The notes: generated by a model from the letters alone, not told the origin. DNA of 63,809 bases from Granulosicoccaceae bacterium (GCA_033852095.1 JAWSVD010000004.1:1-63809), one strand, 5' to 3'. Positions 48,333 to 59,487 are shown, counted from the stretch's first letter. Program-made: numbers and translations.

Positions 48333-50039
48333 ATGAAAGTTGATAGCACGGTGTTTTTAGACGGCTTGCGGGCGATAGTTGGTCAAAAGCACCTCAAAAC
48401 ATCGGACAGCCAGACGGCCCGGTATCGCCAGGGTTTTAGATCGGGAGGCGGCGAAGCGCTGGCGGTCGTCCTGCCGCACACACTGCTGCAGCAGTGGCAG
48501 GTGTTGCAAGCCTGCGTGGACGCAGATGTCATTGTGATCATGCAGGCGGCGAACACCGGTTTGACCGAGGGCTCCACGCCGGTGGCGGAGGGCTACGACA
48601 GGCCCACCGTAATCATCAACACCCTGCGCATGGGCGCTGTTCACGTGATCGGTGCGGGTGAGCAGGTTGTCAGTCTGCCCGGTGCCACCCTCTACACCTT
48701 GGAGAAACTGCTAAAACCCCTGGGCCGGCAACCGCACTCGGTGATTGGTTCGTCTTGCATTGGTGCGTCCGTGGCGGGCGGTGTGTGCAACAACTCCGGC
48801 GGGGCGCTGGTGCAGCGCGGGCCAGCGTACACGGAGCTGGCCTGTTATGCGCAGCTCGATGCGCACGGTAAATTGCAACTGGTGAATGACCTGGGCATCG
48901 AACTGGGTGAGTCGCCAGAGGAAATCCTCACGCGCCTGCAGGCGGGGGATTTCAGCGCGGAAGATGTGACACACGACAACCGGCTCGCCTCTGATCGTGA
49001 ATACAGCGATCGCATCAGGGATGTGAATGCCGCCAGCCCCGCGCGTTACAACGCTGACCCGAGGCGACTGCACGGTGCCAGTGGCTGCGCCGGCAAGCTC
49101 GGCGTGTTCGCGCTGCGCCTCGATACCTACAGCAACAACGAGCGCGAGGCGGTGTTTTACATTGGCAGCAACGACACTCAGGTGTTCAGCAAGCTGCGGC
49201 GTCATATTTTGTCCAGTTTCACCGCGCTGCCCGAAGTCGGCGAGTATATCCACCGCGACTGCTTTGACTTTGCGCACCGCTACGGCAAGGACACCGTGGT
49301 GATGATTGACAAGCTCGGCACAGACAGGTTGCCGTTGTTCTTCTCTCTGAAGGCGCGAGCCGACAGTGTACTGAACAAGATCCCCTTTTTGCCCGCACAG
49401 CTCAGCGACCGAGTGATGCAGTTACTGGCCAGTGCGTGGCCAGAAGCGCTGCCCCAGCGCATGCTCGATTACAGGGCGCAATACGAGCACCACCTGATAT
49501 TGAAAATGTCCAACGAGGGCATTGAAGAGGCCGAAGCCTATTTGCAACAGGAACTGCAGGGTGAGGCGGGGGCGTTTTTTCGCTGCGATGATAATGAAGC
49601 GGCCAAAGCCATGTTGCACCGTTTTGCCGCCGCCGGTGCAGCTGTGCGCTACGAGGCGCTGCACGGAGACAAGGTGCAGGGTGTGCTGCCATTGGATATC
49701 GCCCTGCCACGCAACACGGACGATTGGTTCGAACAGCTGCCTGCAGAATTAGATGATCAGCTAGAGGCGAAGCTCTACTACGGGCATTTTATGTGTCTGG
49801 TTTTTCACCAGGACTATGTGGTGAAGAAGGGCGGCGACATGAGCGATATCAAAGCGCAAATGCTGGCGCTGCTCGACGCCCGTGGTGGGCAGTATCCGGC
49901 AGAGCACAACGTGGGGCATCTGTACAAAGCCAAGCCCGAGCTGGCGGCTTTCTATCAGGAGCTCGACCCCAGCAACAGCTTCAATCCGGGCATTGGGAAA
50001 ATGTCGCGGAAGAAATTTTACGGTGCAGAGCTTGAGTGA
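48333..50039 (+). CDS. dld: Quinone-dependent D-lactate dehydrogenase (FAD)
   Basis: MQAANTGLTEGSTP, PHSVIGSSCIGASV.GG.CNNSGG.LVQRGPAYTE, ASGCAGK, LHRFAAAGAA, YYGHFMC.VFHQDY, YPAEHNVGHLY. Confidence 0.96.
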   Translation: MKVDSTVFLDGLRAIVGQKHLKTSDSQTARYRQGFRSGGGEALAVVLPHTLLQQWQVLQACVDADVIVIMQAANTGLTEGSTPVAEGYDRPTVIINTLRMGAVHVIGAGEQVVSLPGATLYTLEKLLKPLGRQPHSVIGSSCIGASVAGGVCNNSGGALVQRGPAYTELACYAQLDAHGKLQLVNDLGIELGESPEEILTRLQAGDFSAEDVTHDNRLASDREYSDRIRDVNAASPARYNADPRRLHGASGCAGKLGVFALRLDTYSNNEREAVFYIGSNDTQVFSKLRRHILSSFTALPEVGEYIHRDCFDFAHRYGKDTVVMIDKLGTDRLPLFFSLKARADSVLNKIPFLPAQLSDRVMQLLASAWPEALPQRMLDYRAQYEHHLILKMSNEGIEEAEAYLQQELQGEAGAFFRCDDNEAAKAMLHRFAAAGAAVRYEALHGDKVQGVLPLDIALPRNTDDWFEQLPAELDDQLEAKLYYGHFMCLVFHQDYVVKKGGDMSDIKAQMLALLDARGGQYPAEHNVGHLYKAKPELAAFYQELDPSNSFNPGIGKMSRKKFYGAELE

Positions 50040-50066
50040 TGGCTGTATTGGATCGGGGCGGAAACT

Positions 50067-50489
50067 TCAGTCGTCACCCTTAACAGCGCCGCGCTTTGCT
50101 TTTATCGCACCGCGTGCGGTTTTAGCGTCCATGCGGCGGCGCTGACTGCCGCGCGTGGGTTTGGTGGCGATACGGCGTTTAGGACGGTGGCAAGCCTGCT
50201 CTATGAGATCTACCAGTTTTTTCTGTGCCGCTTCGCGGTTGAGCAGCTGACTGCGGTGTGATTCGGCGGTGATGATCAGCGCGCCGTCTTTGCTCCAGCG
50301 GCGTCCCGCCAGCTGCCGAAGGCGAGTTTTTACATCAGGCGGCAGGTTGGGAGATCGGGCCGCCTCAAAGCGCAGCTCCACGGCGCTGGAGGTTTTGTTC
50401 ACGTGTTGACCGCCAGGGCCACTCGAGCGCACAAAGGATTCGCTGAGTTCCCATTCAGCAATGCTGATGCGTTCATTGATTTTAATCAT
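50067..50489 (-). CDS. arfB: Alternative ribosome rescue factor B (peptidyl-tRNA hydrolase)
   Basis: RSSGPGGQHVNK (GGQ), RSQ..NRE.A, basic tail PKRRIATKPTRGSQRRRMDAK. Confidence 0.95.
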   Translation of the reverse strand: MIKINERISIAEWELSESFVRSSGPGGQHVNKTSSAVELRFEAARSPNLPPDVKTRLRQLAGRRWSKDGALIITAESHRSQLLNREAAQKKLVDLIEQACHRPKRRIATKPTRGSQRRRMDAKTARGAIKAKRGAVKGDD

Positions 50490-51504
50490 CGCTGGGTTGG
50501 CTCAGCTCGCCGCGCAAGTCCTGCTGCAGCAGTGCGCGGATGCGCTCGGGCTCTGAGCCCTGGCTCAACAAGACGTGCAGCTTGGCCAGTGCCGCCTCTA
50601 AGGTCATGTCCAGGCCGCTGATCACACCGGCCTCCGCGAGCGCGTTGCCGGTGGCGTAACTGCCCATCGCCACCCGCCCCGAATAACACTGGCTGAGGTT
50701 GACAATCACCACCCCACGAGACTGTGCCTCCCGAAACAGCGCGAGCAGCTCGGGCGAACGCGGGCCGTTGCCCACGCCAAAGCTGCGCAGGATCAAGGCT
50801 TTCACCGGGGCTTGCAACGCATTGGCGATCACCGCTTGACTGATGCCGGGGTAGAGCGTAACCACGGCGACGGGCTGCGGGGTGATCGCGTTGATGGCAA
50901 AGGGCTGCGGTTCGGGGCTGAGCGTGGGCACTGCGCTGCGGCGGATCTCGATGCCGGCGCGTGCCAGCGGCGGCAGGTTGGGGGATTCAAAGGCGTCGAA
51001 GCCATCGGCGCGTGCCTTTGTCGCGCGGTTTCCCCGCAGTAGCTTGTCCTCAAAAAACAGGCAGACTTCGGGCAGCGCATGCTCTGCTGCTATGTACAGC
51101 GCATTCAGCAGATTGGCGCGAGCATCCGTGCGCAAGCTGGCTAAAGGGATCTGCGAGCCTGTGACAATCACCGGCTTGGCCAGGTTCTCAAACATGAATG
51201 ACAGGGCGGACGCGGTGTAGGCCATGGTGTCCGTGCCGTGCAAGATGATGAAGCCGTCGTAGTCCTCATAGTGAGCAGCCACGTCATCGGCTATGCGCTG
51301 CCAATGCATCGGCGTCATCTCGGCCGAGTCTATTAGCGGCGCGTATTCGTGCAGATCGAAGGCCGGCATCTCTGGTCGGTGCAGCTCTGGCAGTTCGGAC
51401 AGCTGCGTGGCCATCATGCCCGGTGCCGGTACAAAACCCTGCGCAGAGGGCTGCATGCCAATGGTGCCACCAGTGTAAGCAATGTAAATGCGTTTTTTAG
51501 CCAT
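50482..51504 (-). CDS. ansA: Type I (cytoplasmic) L-asparaginase
   Basis: IAYTGGTIGM, HGTDTMAYTASALSF, TGSQIP, LRGNRATK, FGVGN. Confidence 0.96.
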   Translation of the reverse strand: MAKKRIYIAYTGGTIGMQPSAQGFVPAPGMMATQLSELPELHRPEMPAFDLHEYAPLIDSAEMTPMHWQRIADDVAAHYEDYDGFIILHGTDTMAYTASALSFMFENLAKPVIVTGSQIPLASLRTDARANLLNALYIAAEHALPEVCLFFEDKLLRGNRATKARADGFDAFESPNLPPLARAGIEIRRSAVPTLSPEPQPFAINAITPQPVAVVTLYPGISQAVIANALQAPVKALILRSFGVGNGPRSPELLALFREAQSRGVVIVNLSQCYSGRVAMGSYATGNALAEAGVISGLDMTLEAALAKLHVLLSQGSEPERIRALLQQDLRGELSQPSDD

Positions 51505-51980
51505 GTTCAATCTGTCTGTGGAATAGGTGCGTCGCGCCGTATTTTACAACAATAACGAGGCCAGTAGCGCAGTCCGCTGCAGTTGCTCAGGCCTGTGCGC
51601 CGCGACGATCTTTGCCCCTAAGCGTTTTTAGCATGACCACTGTTGTCCGGTGTTCAATTCCAGCTTCCTAGGTTTCAGTGGCTAGCAGCATCATGATATT
51701 TATATGAAAATTCAGGCGAAGTGTTTTCTTCGCAGTTTAATCTACGTTGTGTACGTTTCCCTTTTTGCTGGCCAATGCAGTGGGCGGCTGTGTATATCTA
51801 TTGTTACATCCGTTGTTCTGTCTGTTCATAAATCTACTTGGATGCACGGCAAGAAGGTGTCTCGCCGCACAAAAACCTGTATTACTTTGATACAGTTTTG
51901 AAGCACCGGATTATTATATTTGGCGCAAGTGCATTAATATGTTTCGGCAGTGAAAGCCCCGCCCCTCAAAGGATTGAACC

Positions 51981-53108
51981 ATGCAAGATAGCAAGAGCAG
52001 ATACTTCAAGCTGCTGACACTTTTGGCCATTGTCTTCACGTTAAGCGCTTGCGGCGGCTCATCTAATGAGCCGGCGTCGGCAGCAGACGACGACACCACG
52101 GCAGGCGCCGGTGGTGGTAGTGGCGGTGGAAGTGCTGGAAGTGGCACCACGGGCTGCCCCGTGGGCCTCGATGAGCCCGCCGCTGGCATGGGTGTTGTGC
52201 ATGTTCGTGATCTCGCCTCTCCGCTGTCGCCCATCATGCGCAGTGGTTTTGAATCCGGCACGGTGGGTGAGCCCAGCCCGGCGATCACGCATTTTAGTGG
52301 CGTGGACAGCTGCTCTGAGGCGCCCAATGACTGGGCAAATTTGCTTGCTACCAACCCCAACAGGCCCGGCGGTTATTTCCTTATCCAGTATCAGGGCGGC
52401 GACATCAATCAACGCTTCGCGCGCCTGGGCGCGGATTCCAGCGACGCCGACAATCAGGTTTTGGAGTTCTGGCTGAACGACGCCAATGTGGACACAGGTT
52501 ACGAATTCCGCGGTCGCATTCAAGGCAACTTTTACGAGAACTACAATCTAGACAGCTACTATCAGAGTGTCAGGCTGCGTCTGGGCCGTGATTTCTTGAA
52601 TCTGAACGCTCACAACGGCACCTTCAATTGGCTGACGCTGTTTGAGGCGTGGAATGGCGCCAACTGGATCGCCGGTGAAGAGCATGCCTTCCATATAGCT
52701 GTGGATTTGACCAAGCCCGACCCTGTACCTGGCACAGCGCTGCACCTGAAAGCACAGGGCCGCACTTTTACCCAGGGCGTCGGATTCGACACGCTCTGGG
52801 AAGAGACCAACAGCGACATTGTTATCCCGGTAGAGCAGTGGATTACCCTCGAGCTGTACATGTTGCAAGGGGATGAGCAGAGCGGGCGCTTCTACATGAC
52901 GGTGTCTGTGGCCGGCGGGGAAAAGCAGGTGTTGTTTGATATCGGTGGTTTCACTCACCACCCTGAAGATATCGCCCCTGCTGGCTTTGACTACATCAAC
53001 CCCATCAAGCTGTACATGCGCGAGCCCGTGCTGGACATCATGAAAGCCACTGGTGGGTCTTTTCGCCTGCAGTGGGATGATCTCGAGTTTGGCCACACGG
53101 CCAACTAG
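51981..53108 (+). CDS. Lipoprotein with Gly/Ser linker and a probable beta-jelly-roll (polysaccharide-lyase/ConA-like) domain
   Basis: Lipobox LSA-C; GGGSGGGS linker; aromatic-rich beta-strand pattern (W.TLFE.W, QWITLELY, LQWDDLEF). The fold call is inference. Confidence 0.6.
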   Translation: MQDSKSRYFKLLTLLAIVFTLSACGGSSNEPASAADDDTTAGAGGGSGGGSAGSGTTGCPVGLDEPAAGMGVVHVRDLASPLSPIMRSGFESGTVGEPSPAITHFSGVDSCSEAPNDWANLLATNPNRPGGYFLIQYQGGDINQRFARLGADSSDADNQVLEFWLNDANVDTGYEFRGRIQGNFYENYNLDSYYQSVRLRLGRDFLNLNAHNGTFNWLTLFEAWNGANWIAGEEHAFHIAVDLTKPDPVPGTALHLKAQGRTFTQGVGFDTLWEETNSDIVIPVEQWITLELYMLQGDEQSGRFYMTVSVAGGEKQVLFDIGGFTHHPEDIAPAGFDYINPIKLYMREPVLDIMKATGGSFRLQWDDLEFGHTAN

Positions 53109-53195
53109 AGATTCGCTTTCTTTGCGTCTTCGGCTTCTGAGCAGATCAGGGCCGGAGAGATTGTGCAGCCGTTACACAGTGGGATTTAGATCGAT

Positions 53196-55253
53196 ATGGA
53201 TATTCACAAGCGCACCCGTATTAGCGCTGCAACTCTGCGCCTGCGTCTCGGTGTGGCGGTTGTTTGCAGCTGCGTGCTCAGCGCAGCAGCACTTGCCGGT
53301 GACCCCTTATCAGCGCAGCAGGGGGAATGGAGTGCTGTTGAAGATTGGCCCGTGCTCGCCGTGCACGCGGCGCTGCTGGAAAACGGCAAGGTGCTGGCAT
53401 GGGATGCCACCCCCGATGACTTCGATGACAACCCCCACACCACCGAGGTCTACACCACCCGCATCACCCTGTGGGATCCGGTCACCGGCCAGCACAGCTC
53501 GGTCAACAACAACACCAACACGGATTTGTTCTGTGCGGGTGCCGCGCATCTGTGGGATGGGGATCTGTTGTTGGCGGGCGGCGATGGCATCCGCGGGGGC
53601 GCACCGGGCACTGCCGCCGGTGCTGTTGTGAACAGCAATGTGTTTAACCCGCAAAACAACGCTTGGACCGCTCTCGAAGACATGGCGTCGGCGCGCTGGT
53701 ATTCAACCGTCGCGGCGCTGCCTAATGGCGAGATGCTGACCTTTGGCGGCAATTACGGACAGGAGCCCTTCGCCGAGGTGCTGGGCTTGGATAGGCGCTG
53801 GCGCTCATTGCCGATCGATGCGCAAATGCCCTATGCCTACAGTGGCGACTATCAGTGGTTGCAAGTCACACCGAATGGTCTGGTGGCATCCTTTGGCCCG
53901 CACAATACACTTGGTTTGCTCGACACAGGCGGCACTGGCAGGTGGCGCACGTTGAGCAACACACGGGATACAGTACCCTATCGTGGCTACGGCAGTTTTG
54001 CCCCTTACCAGACGGGCAAGATCTTGGTGACTGGGGGTGTGGGTTATTACGGCGAGGGCCCTCGGTCAGAGCGTTCCGCTGTGGTGTTGGATCTCAACAC
54101 CATGCGCGCCACTGCCACCAGCGACATGCTCTACAGCCGCAGCCAACACAACCTCACCGTGCTGCCCGATGGCAAGGTGCTGGCCAGCGGTGGGCACAGC
54201 AGCGCCGAGGCCTTGATTGATTTGACAGCCCCCGTGCTGCCGGGTGAAATGTGGGACCCGGCCACCGGGGAGTGGCGCGAGATGGCGGCACTCGCGCGCA
54301 CGCGGCAGTACCACTCGACCAGCCTGCTGCTGCCCGACGGGCGGGTGCTGGTGGGCGGTGGCGGGTATTGCGGGCCCTGCACAGTGCTCGATTACCACGA
54401 GCAAAACGCCGAGATTTACAGCCCGCCGTATCTCTTTGACCCGCGCGGCGAGCTCGCGGCTCGGCCGCTTGTCTCCGGTGTGCCGCAGCGCCTGAACTAC
54501 GGCGAGGCATTTGCCGTCACTGTGCAGTCAACGAGTGCCATCAGCAAGGCTGTTTTTATCAAGCCCGGCTCTACTACGCATTCGCATAATCAAGATCAGC
54601 GCTTGATCGAGCTCACGCTGGAGCCCACAGCCGAGGGTGTGCGCCTGATCGCGCCGCAGAATCGCAACCTCGCGCCACCAGGGCACTACCTGTTGTTCCT
54701 GTTGGATGAAAACGGCGTGCCCTCTCTCGCCGACACCGTGTTGATCGGCCAGCCCAGCGTCAGGCCCTCGCAGGCCGTGGCGCAGAGCGTGCTCAGCGGT
54801 GACTTGGATATCTACGCTGTGGAGAGCTACGTGGGAGATTCTGTGTTGCGGGTATCTCTGGATGGGATCCACGGCGATGCCGATCTGTACCTGCGGCGCG
54901 ACCTCTACCCCGACGGCTTGGCCACCGGGTCTTTTGAGTGCGGCTCGGCGCATTTTGGCGGAACCGCAGAGAGCTGCACCGTCAATGACCCCGGCCGAGC
55001 CACCTGGTACGTGGCTGTCAGAGCCTGGTCCGGTGGCGCCTACCGTTTGAATGTATCTGCGTACGCCGATGAGAGCCAGACAAACGGTGAGATTGAGCCG
55101 GCCAAACGCGACAGTGTCCAGCCCGTCGATGACGGTTCTGCCTTCAGCGGCGGCGGAGGGGTAGGGATGGGAGTGCCGCTGCTGTTGCTGGCGCTAATAG
55201 CGGGGAGAAGGCGTCGCTTTAGAATTGGCCCCGCGCATAGGCAGCGCAGCTGA
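53196..55253 (+). CDS. Secreted copper-radical oxidase (galactose/glyoxal oxidase, AA5-like) with a PPC domain and GlyGly-CTERM anchor
   Basis: Signal peptide; DLFCAG (cofactor Cys), RWYST (cofactor Tyr), RQYHSTSLLLPDGRV (Tyr/His ligands), TTHS (His), APPGHYLLF; PPC GDADLY..C..ESC..WYV; tail GGGG-hydrophobic-RRRR. Confidence 0.88.
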   Translation: MDIHKRTRISAATLRLRLGVAVVCSCVLSAAALAGDPLSAQQGEWSAVEDWPVLAVHAALLENGKVLAWDATPDDFDDNPHTTEVYTTRITLWDPVTGQHSSVNNNTNTDLFCAGAAHLWDGDLLLAGGDGIRGGAPGTAAGAVVNSNVFNPQNNAWTALEDMASARWYSTVAALPNGEMLTFGGNYGQEPFAEVLGLDRRWRSLPIDAQMPYAYSGDYQWLQVTPNGLVASFGPHNTLGLLDTGGTGRWRTLSNTRDTVPYRGYGSFAPYQTGKILVTGGVGYYGEGPRSERSAVVLDLNTMRATATSDMLYSRSQHNLTVLPDGKVLASGGHSSAEALIDLTAPVLPGEMWDPATGEWREMAALARTRQYHSTSLLLPDGRVLVGGGGYCGPCTVLDYHEQNAEIYSPPYLFDPRGELAARPLVSGVPQRLNYGEAFAVTVQSTSAISKAVFIKPGSTTHSHNQDQRLIELTLEPTAEGVRLIAPQNRNLAPPGHYLLFLLDENGVPSLADTVLIGQPSVRPSQAVAQSVLSGDLDIYAVESYVGDSVLRVSLDGIHGDADLYLRRDLYPDGLATGSFECGSAHFGGTAESCTVNDPGRATWYVAVRAWSGGAYRLNVSAYADESQTNGEIEPAKRDSVQPVDDGSAFSGGGGVGMGVPLLLLALIAGRRRRFRIGPAHRQRS

Positions 55254-55590
55254 GGCGAAACAATCACGCCGCGGGCCACGTTGTTCGCGCCAGGCTTTGC
55301 GCCATTTCCGCGCTACCCCTGCTCTGGCATTGGCGGCTCAGGGGCATCGCCATGGCCTGTCATGAAGCGGGGCGCTAAGCGGCCTGAAGGGCCTCTATTT
55401 CTATCAGTGTGAGTGAAATCAGCGCTCTTTTGCTGGCGCACAGGCCACGTTTGGTGGCCGCTTAGCAGTCCGTCCGAGGCGGGATTGCGGGGCGCCGAAA
55501 GCCGATATGCCCGCAGTGCACAATTTCAGCTGCATAAGAGTGTGTTTAACGGGTAAAATGCTCGTTTTCCACCGGCCAGAACCCCAGACC

Positions 55591-58500
55591 ATGCTGATTC
55601 TCCCCGGCGCGACCGCGCACTCCGCCTTCCGTATCGATGCCCTGCTCAAGCAATGCCACAGCTTGGGCCAGTCGGTCACAGCGATACGCTCGCGCTTTGT
55701 CTACTTTATTCAGCCCGAGGGTGAGCTCAGCAGCGAGCAAAGCAACCGCATCGCCGAGTTACTGGACGCAGAGTCTCAGCCCTACACAGCCAACGAAGGC
55801 GCACTGTGGGTATTGCCACGACTCGGCACCCAGTCGCCCTGGTCGTCAAAAGCGTCTGATATCTTCCGCAATTGCGGCCTGCCCGTGTCGCGGGTCGAGC
55901 GCGGCATCGAATTCGTGCTCGAAGGCGATTGGCAGGCGGCCGATGTAGCGCCCGCGCTGCACGACCGCATGACGGAATCCCTGCTCACCGATCCCGCTCC
56001 TTTTGCCCATCTCTTTGACGAGCACAGCCCCAAGGCGCTCTCTCGCATAGCGCTCTCCACCGGGGGCAGAGCCGCGCTGGAAAGCGCCAATGTGCGACTC
56101 GGCTTGGCATTGTCCGAGGACGAGATCGACTACCTGGTCGAGAGCTACGGTGCGCTGCCGCGCAGCCAAGACCCAAGCGACGCCGAGCTGATGATGTTCG
56201 CCCAGGCCAACTCCGAGCACTGCCGCCACAAGATATTTGGCGCCGATTGGGTGATCGACGGCGAAACGCAAGAGAAGGGCTTGTTTGCGATGATCCGCAA
56301 CACCCACGCGCTCAACCCCGGCGGCGTGCTCAGCGCCTACAGTGACAATGCCGCCGTGATCACGGGACATGACGCCAAGCGCCTGCTCGCTGACCCGGCA
56401 ACGGGCACTTACCAGCGCTTCGAAGAACCCGCGCACATCCAGATCAAAGTCGAGACCCACAACCACCCGACGGCGATTGCACCCTTTGCAGGGGCTGCCA
56501 CCGGCAGTGGCGGCGAGATTCGCGACGAGGGTGCCACGGGCACCGGCTCCAAGCCCAAGGTGGGCCTGTGCGGCTTTACTGTCTCTAACCTGCGCATCGA
56601 CAGCTTGACTCAGCCCTGGGAAGAGCGCGACCACGGCAAGCCCGAGCGCATCGCCTCGGCGCAGCAGATCATGCTCGAAGGCCCCATAGGCGCGGCCGCT
56701 TTCAACAACGAATTTGGCCGTCCCAACTTGGCGGGCTACTTCCGCAGTTTTGAGGACGACGTGCGCTTTAATGATCGCTCCGAGCTGCGCGGCTTCCACA
56801 AACCCATCATGATCGCCGGCGGCATGGGCAATGTACGCCCCATGCAAGTGCTGAAAAACGGCTTTGGCCCAGGCGTCCCCTTGGTAGTGCTCGGCGGCCC
56901 GGCCATGTTGATTGGTCTGGGCGGCGGTGCTGCCTCTAGCGTCGCCAGCGGGCAGGGCGATGCCGAGTTGGATTTCGCCTCCGTGCAGCGCGGCAACCCC
57001 GAGATGGAGCGCCGCTGCCAAGAGGTTATAGACCGCTGCATCGCCTACGGTGAGGCCAATCCCGTGCTGTCCGCGCACGACGTGGGCGCGGGCGGCTTGT
57101 CCAATGCCTTCCCCGAGCTGGTGCACGACGCCGATTTGGGCGCGCGTTTTGAGCTGCGCAATATCCCCAGCGCGGAGGCTGGCATGACGCCGCTGGAGAT
57201 CTGGTCCTGCGAAGCGCAAGAGCGCTACGTGTTCGCCATCGACCCCGCGCGACTGGATGCTTTCATCGCCCTGTGTGAGCGCGAGCGCTGCCCCTACGCC
57301 GTGGTCGGAGAATCCACCGACGACGGCCAGCTGCACGTGGGCGATCAGATCTTGGGCGAGAGCCCTGTCGACATCCCCATGGACCTGCTGCTGGGCAAGG
57401 TGCCCAAGATGACCCGCACAGTAGAGCGCGCCAGCTACGGCGGCGCCGCGCTGGACACCTCATCCATAGCGCTCAACGAAGCCATCGAGCGCGTATTGCA
57501 ACTGCCGTCCGTCGCCAGCAAAAACTTCCTCATCACTATTGGTGATCGCAGCATCACCGGCATGGTCGCGCGTGATCAAATGGTCGGCCCCTGGCAGATC
57601 CCCGTGGCCGATGCCGCGGTGACTTTCAACGACTTTGACTGCAAAGACGGCGAAGCCATGGCCATGGGCGAGCGCAGCCCCATCGCGCTGGTCGATCCCG
57701 CGGCCTCTGCACGCATGGCCATTGGCGAGGCACTCACCAATATCTGTAGCGCACCCGTGGGCGACATCCGCGGCATCAGCCTCAGCGCCAACTGGATGGC
57801 TGCTTGCGGACACCCTGGCGAGGACGCCGCACTGTTCGACGCGGTATACGCCGTGGGCATGGAGCTGTGCCCCGCGCTGGGTGTCAACATCCCCGTGGGC
57901 AAAGATTCCCTGTCGATGAAAACCCACTGGCAGCAAAACGGTGATCAGCGCGTCATGGCTTCACCGATGTCGCTGGTCGCCACTGCTTTCGCCGCCACCC
58001 GTGATTCAGCTCGCACCCTGACACCGCAACTGCAACCGCGCCTCGACGCACCGCTGCTGTTGGTCGACTTGGGTGCCGGTAAAAACCGCACCGGCGGTTC
58101 CGCACTGGCGCAGGTCTACAACCAAATCGGCGACGTGGCACCAGACCTAGACGACGCCGCCGCCTTTGTGGCCTTTTTCACGACAGTGCAAACATTAATA
58201 GACGACGGTGCGCTGCTGGCCTACCACGACCGCAGTGACGGCGGCCTGCTGGCCGCCGCGGCCGAGATGGCATTCGCGGGCAACTGCGGGCTCGACCTAG
58301 ATGTAGAAGCGCTGGGCGATGACGCCATCAACGCGCTCTTCAATGAAGAGCTAGGTGCGCTGATGCAAGTATCAGTCGAACACCTAGAGCAGGTGCAAAC
58401 TGCATTTGAAGAGGCGGGGCTCGGGCATTGCCTGCACACACTGGGCGCTCCCAACCACAGCCGTGAACTGCGCATTAGCAGTGGCGACAAAGCACTCTAC

Positions 58501-59436
58501 AACGCTGGCATCGGCAAATTGCTCGGCCTGTGGTGGTCAACCTCACACGCCATGCAGCGCCTGCGCGACAACCCAGACTGCGCCGACCAAGAGCTGCACA
58601 CGGTTCTCGACTGCGAAAACCCAGGCTTGCAAACACGCCTCAGCTTCGATGCCAATGACGACGTAACTGCACCCTACATCAACAGCGGCGCTCGACCCGC
58701 GGTTGCCATCTTGCGCGAGCAGGGCGTCAACGGCCAGATCGAAATGGCCGCTGCCTTCGACCGTGCCGGTTTCGAAACCCTCGACGTGCACATGTCTGAC
58801 TTGTTCGCCGGGCGTGTCAGCCTTGATCAAGTCAAAGGCCTCGTGGCCTGTGGTGGCTTCAGCTACGGCGACGTGCTCGGAGCCGGTGCTGGCTGGGCGC
58901 GAAGTGCCCTCTACAACGACGCACTGCGGGATCAGTTCCAAACATTCTTTGAGCGCGAAGACAGCTTCGGTCTCGGCGTCTGTAACGGCTGCCAGATGAT
59001 GTCGCACCTCGCGCCACTCATCCCCGGTGCCGATCACTGGCCCACCTTCCACCGCAATGCTTCAGAGCAGTTTGAAGGCCGCGCCAGTCTGGTCGAGATA
59101 CAAGAGAGCAAGTCCATCCTGTTGCAAGGCATGGCGGGCAGCGTCATTCCTGTCGCCGTGGCGCACGGGGAAGGGCGCGTGGTTGGAGCGACAGGCAAGA
59201 GCTGCCTGCGCTACGTGGACAACAGCCTCAATGCCACTGAGACTTATCCGGCTAACCCCAATGGCTCACCTGAAGGGGCTACGGGTTATACCAATGGAGA
59301 TGGGCGGTTTACGATTATGATGCCGCACCCTGAGCGGGTGTTTAGGACTGCGCAGATGAGTTGGGCGCCGGAGGGGTGGGGTGAGGACAGTCCGTGGATG
59401 CGGATGTTTCGCAATGCTCGGGTTTGGGTTGGGTAG
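55591..59436 (+). CDS. purL: Phosphoribosylformylglycinamidine synthase (large, fused type)
   Basis: [67 protein letters not shown]. Start ATG 55591 inferred from a TAAAAT -10 at 55554. Confidence 0.98.
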   Translation: MLILPGATAHSAFRIDALLKQCHSLGQSVTAIRSRFVYFIQPEGELSSEQSNRIAELLDAESQPYTANEGALWVLPRLGTQSPWSSKASDIFRNCGLPVSRVERGIEFVLEGDWQAADVAPALHDRMTESLLTDPAPFAHLFDEHSPKALSRIALSTGGRAALESANVRLGLALSEDEIDYLVESYGALPRSQDPSDAELMMFAQANSEHCRHKIFGADWVIDGETQEKGLFAMIRNTHALNPGGVLSAYSDNAAVITGHDAKRLLADPATGTYQRFEEPAHIQIKVETHNHPTAIAPFAGAATGSGGEIRDEGATGTGSKPKVGLCGFTVSNLRIDSLTQPWEERDHGKPERIASAQQIMLEGPIGAAAFNNEFGRPNLAGYFRSFEDDVRFNDRSELRGFHKPIMIAGGMGNVRPMQVLKNGFGPGVPLVVLGGPAMLIGLGGGAASSVASGQGDAELDFASVQRGNPEMERRCQEVIDRCIAYGEANPVLSAHDVGAGGLSNAFPELVHDADLGARFELRNIPSAEAGMTPLEIWSCEAQERYVFAIDPARLDAFIALCERERCPYAVVGESTDDGQLHVGDQILGESPVDIPMDLLLGKVPKMTRTVERASYGGAALDTSSIALNEAIERVLQLPSVASKNFLITIGDRSITGMVARDQMVGPWQIPVADAAVTFNDFDCKDGEAMAMGERSPIALVDPAASARMAIGEALTNICSAPVGDIRGISLSANWMAACGHPGEDAALFDAVYAVGMELCPALGVNIPVGKDSLSMKTHWQQNGDQRVMASPMSLVATAFAATRDSARTLTPQLQPRLDAPLLLVDLGAGKNRTGGSALAQVYNQIGDVAPDLDDAAAFVAFFTTVQTLIDDGALLAYHDRSDGGLLAAAAEMAFAGNCGLDLDVEALGDDAINALFNEELGALMQVSVEHLEQVQTAFEEAGLGHCLHTLGAPNHSRELRISSGDKALYNAGIGKLLGLWWSTSHAMQRLRDNPDCADQELHTVLDCENPGLQTRLSFDANDDVTAPYINSGARPAVAILREQGVNGQIEMAAAFDRAGFETLDVHMSDLFAGRVSLDQVKGLVACGGFSYGDVLGAGAGWARSALYNDALRDQFQTFFEREDSFGLGVCNGCQMMSHLAPLIPGADHWPTFHRNASEQFEGRASLVEIQESKSILLQGMAGSVIPVAVAHGEGRVVGATGKSCLRYVDNSLNATETYPANPNGSPEGATGYTNGDGRFTIMMPHPERVFRTAQMSWAPEGWGEDSPWMRMFRNARVWVG

Positions 59437-59487
59437 GTTGATTACTCGCCTGTTCTGTGGCGTAGTAGTCTGACTAGCGACAAAGGA

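Noticed and set aside
43510-50489. ssrA and arfB as a ribosome-rescue cluster
   Set aside because: They are about 6 kb apart with an unrelated lactate operon between them; arfB is coupled to ansA, so proximity is probably coincidental.
55846-57336. 496-aa minus-strand ORF (likewise 46511-47854 and 34308-35312)
   Set aside because: Antisense or alternate-frame shadows of well-supported genes, expected in high-GC coding DNA.
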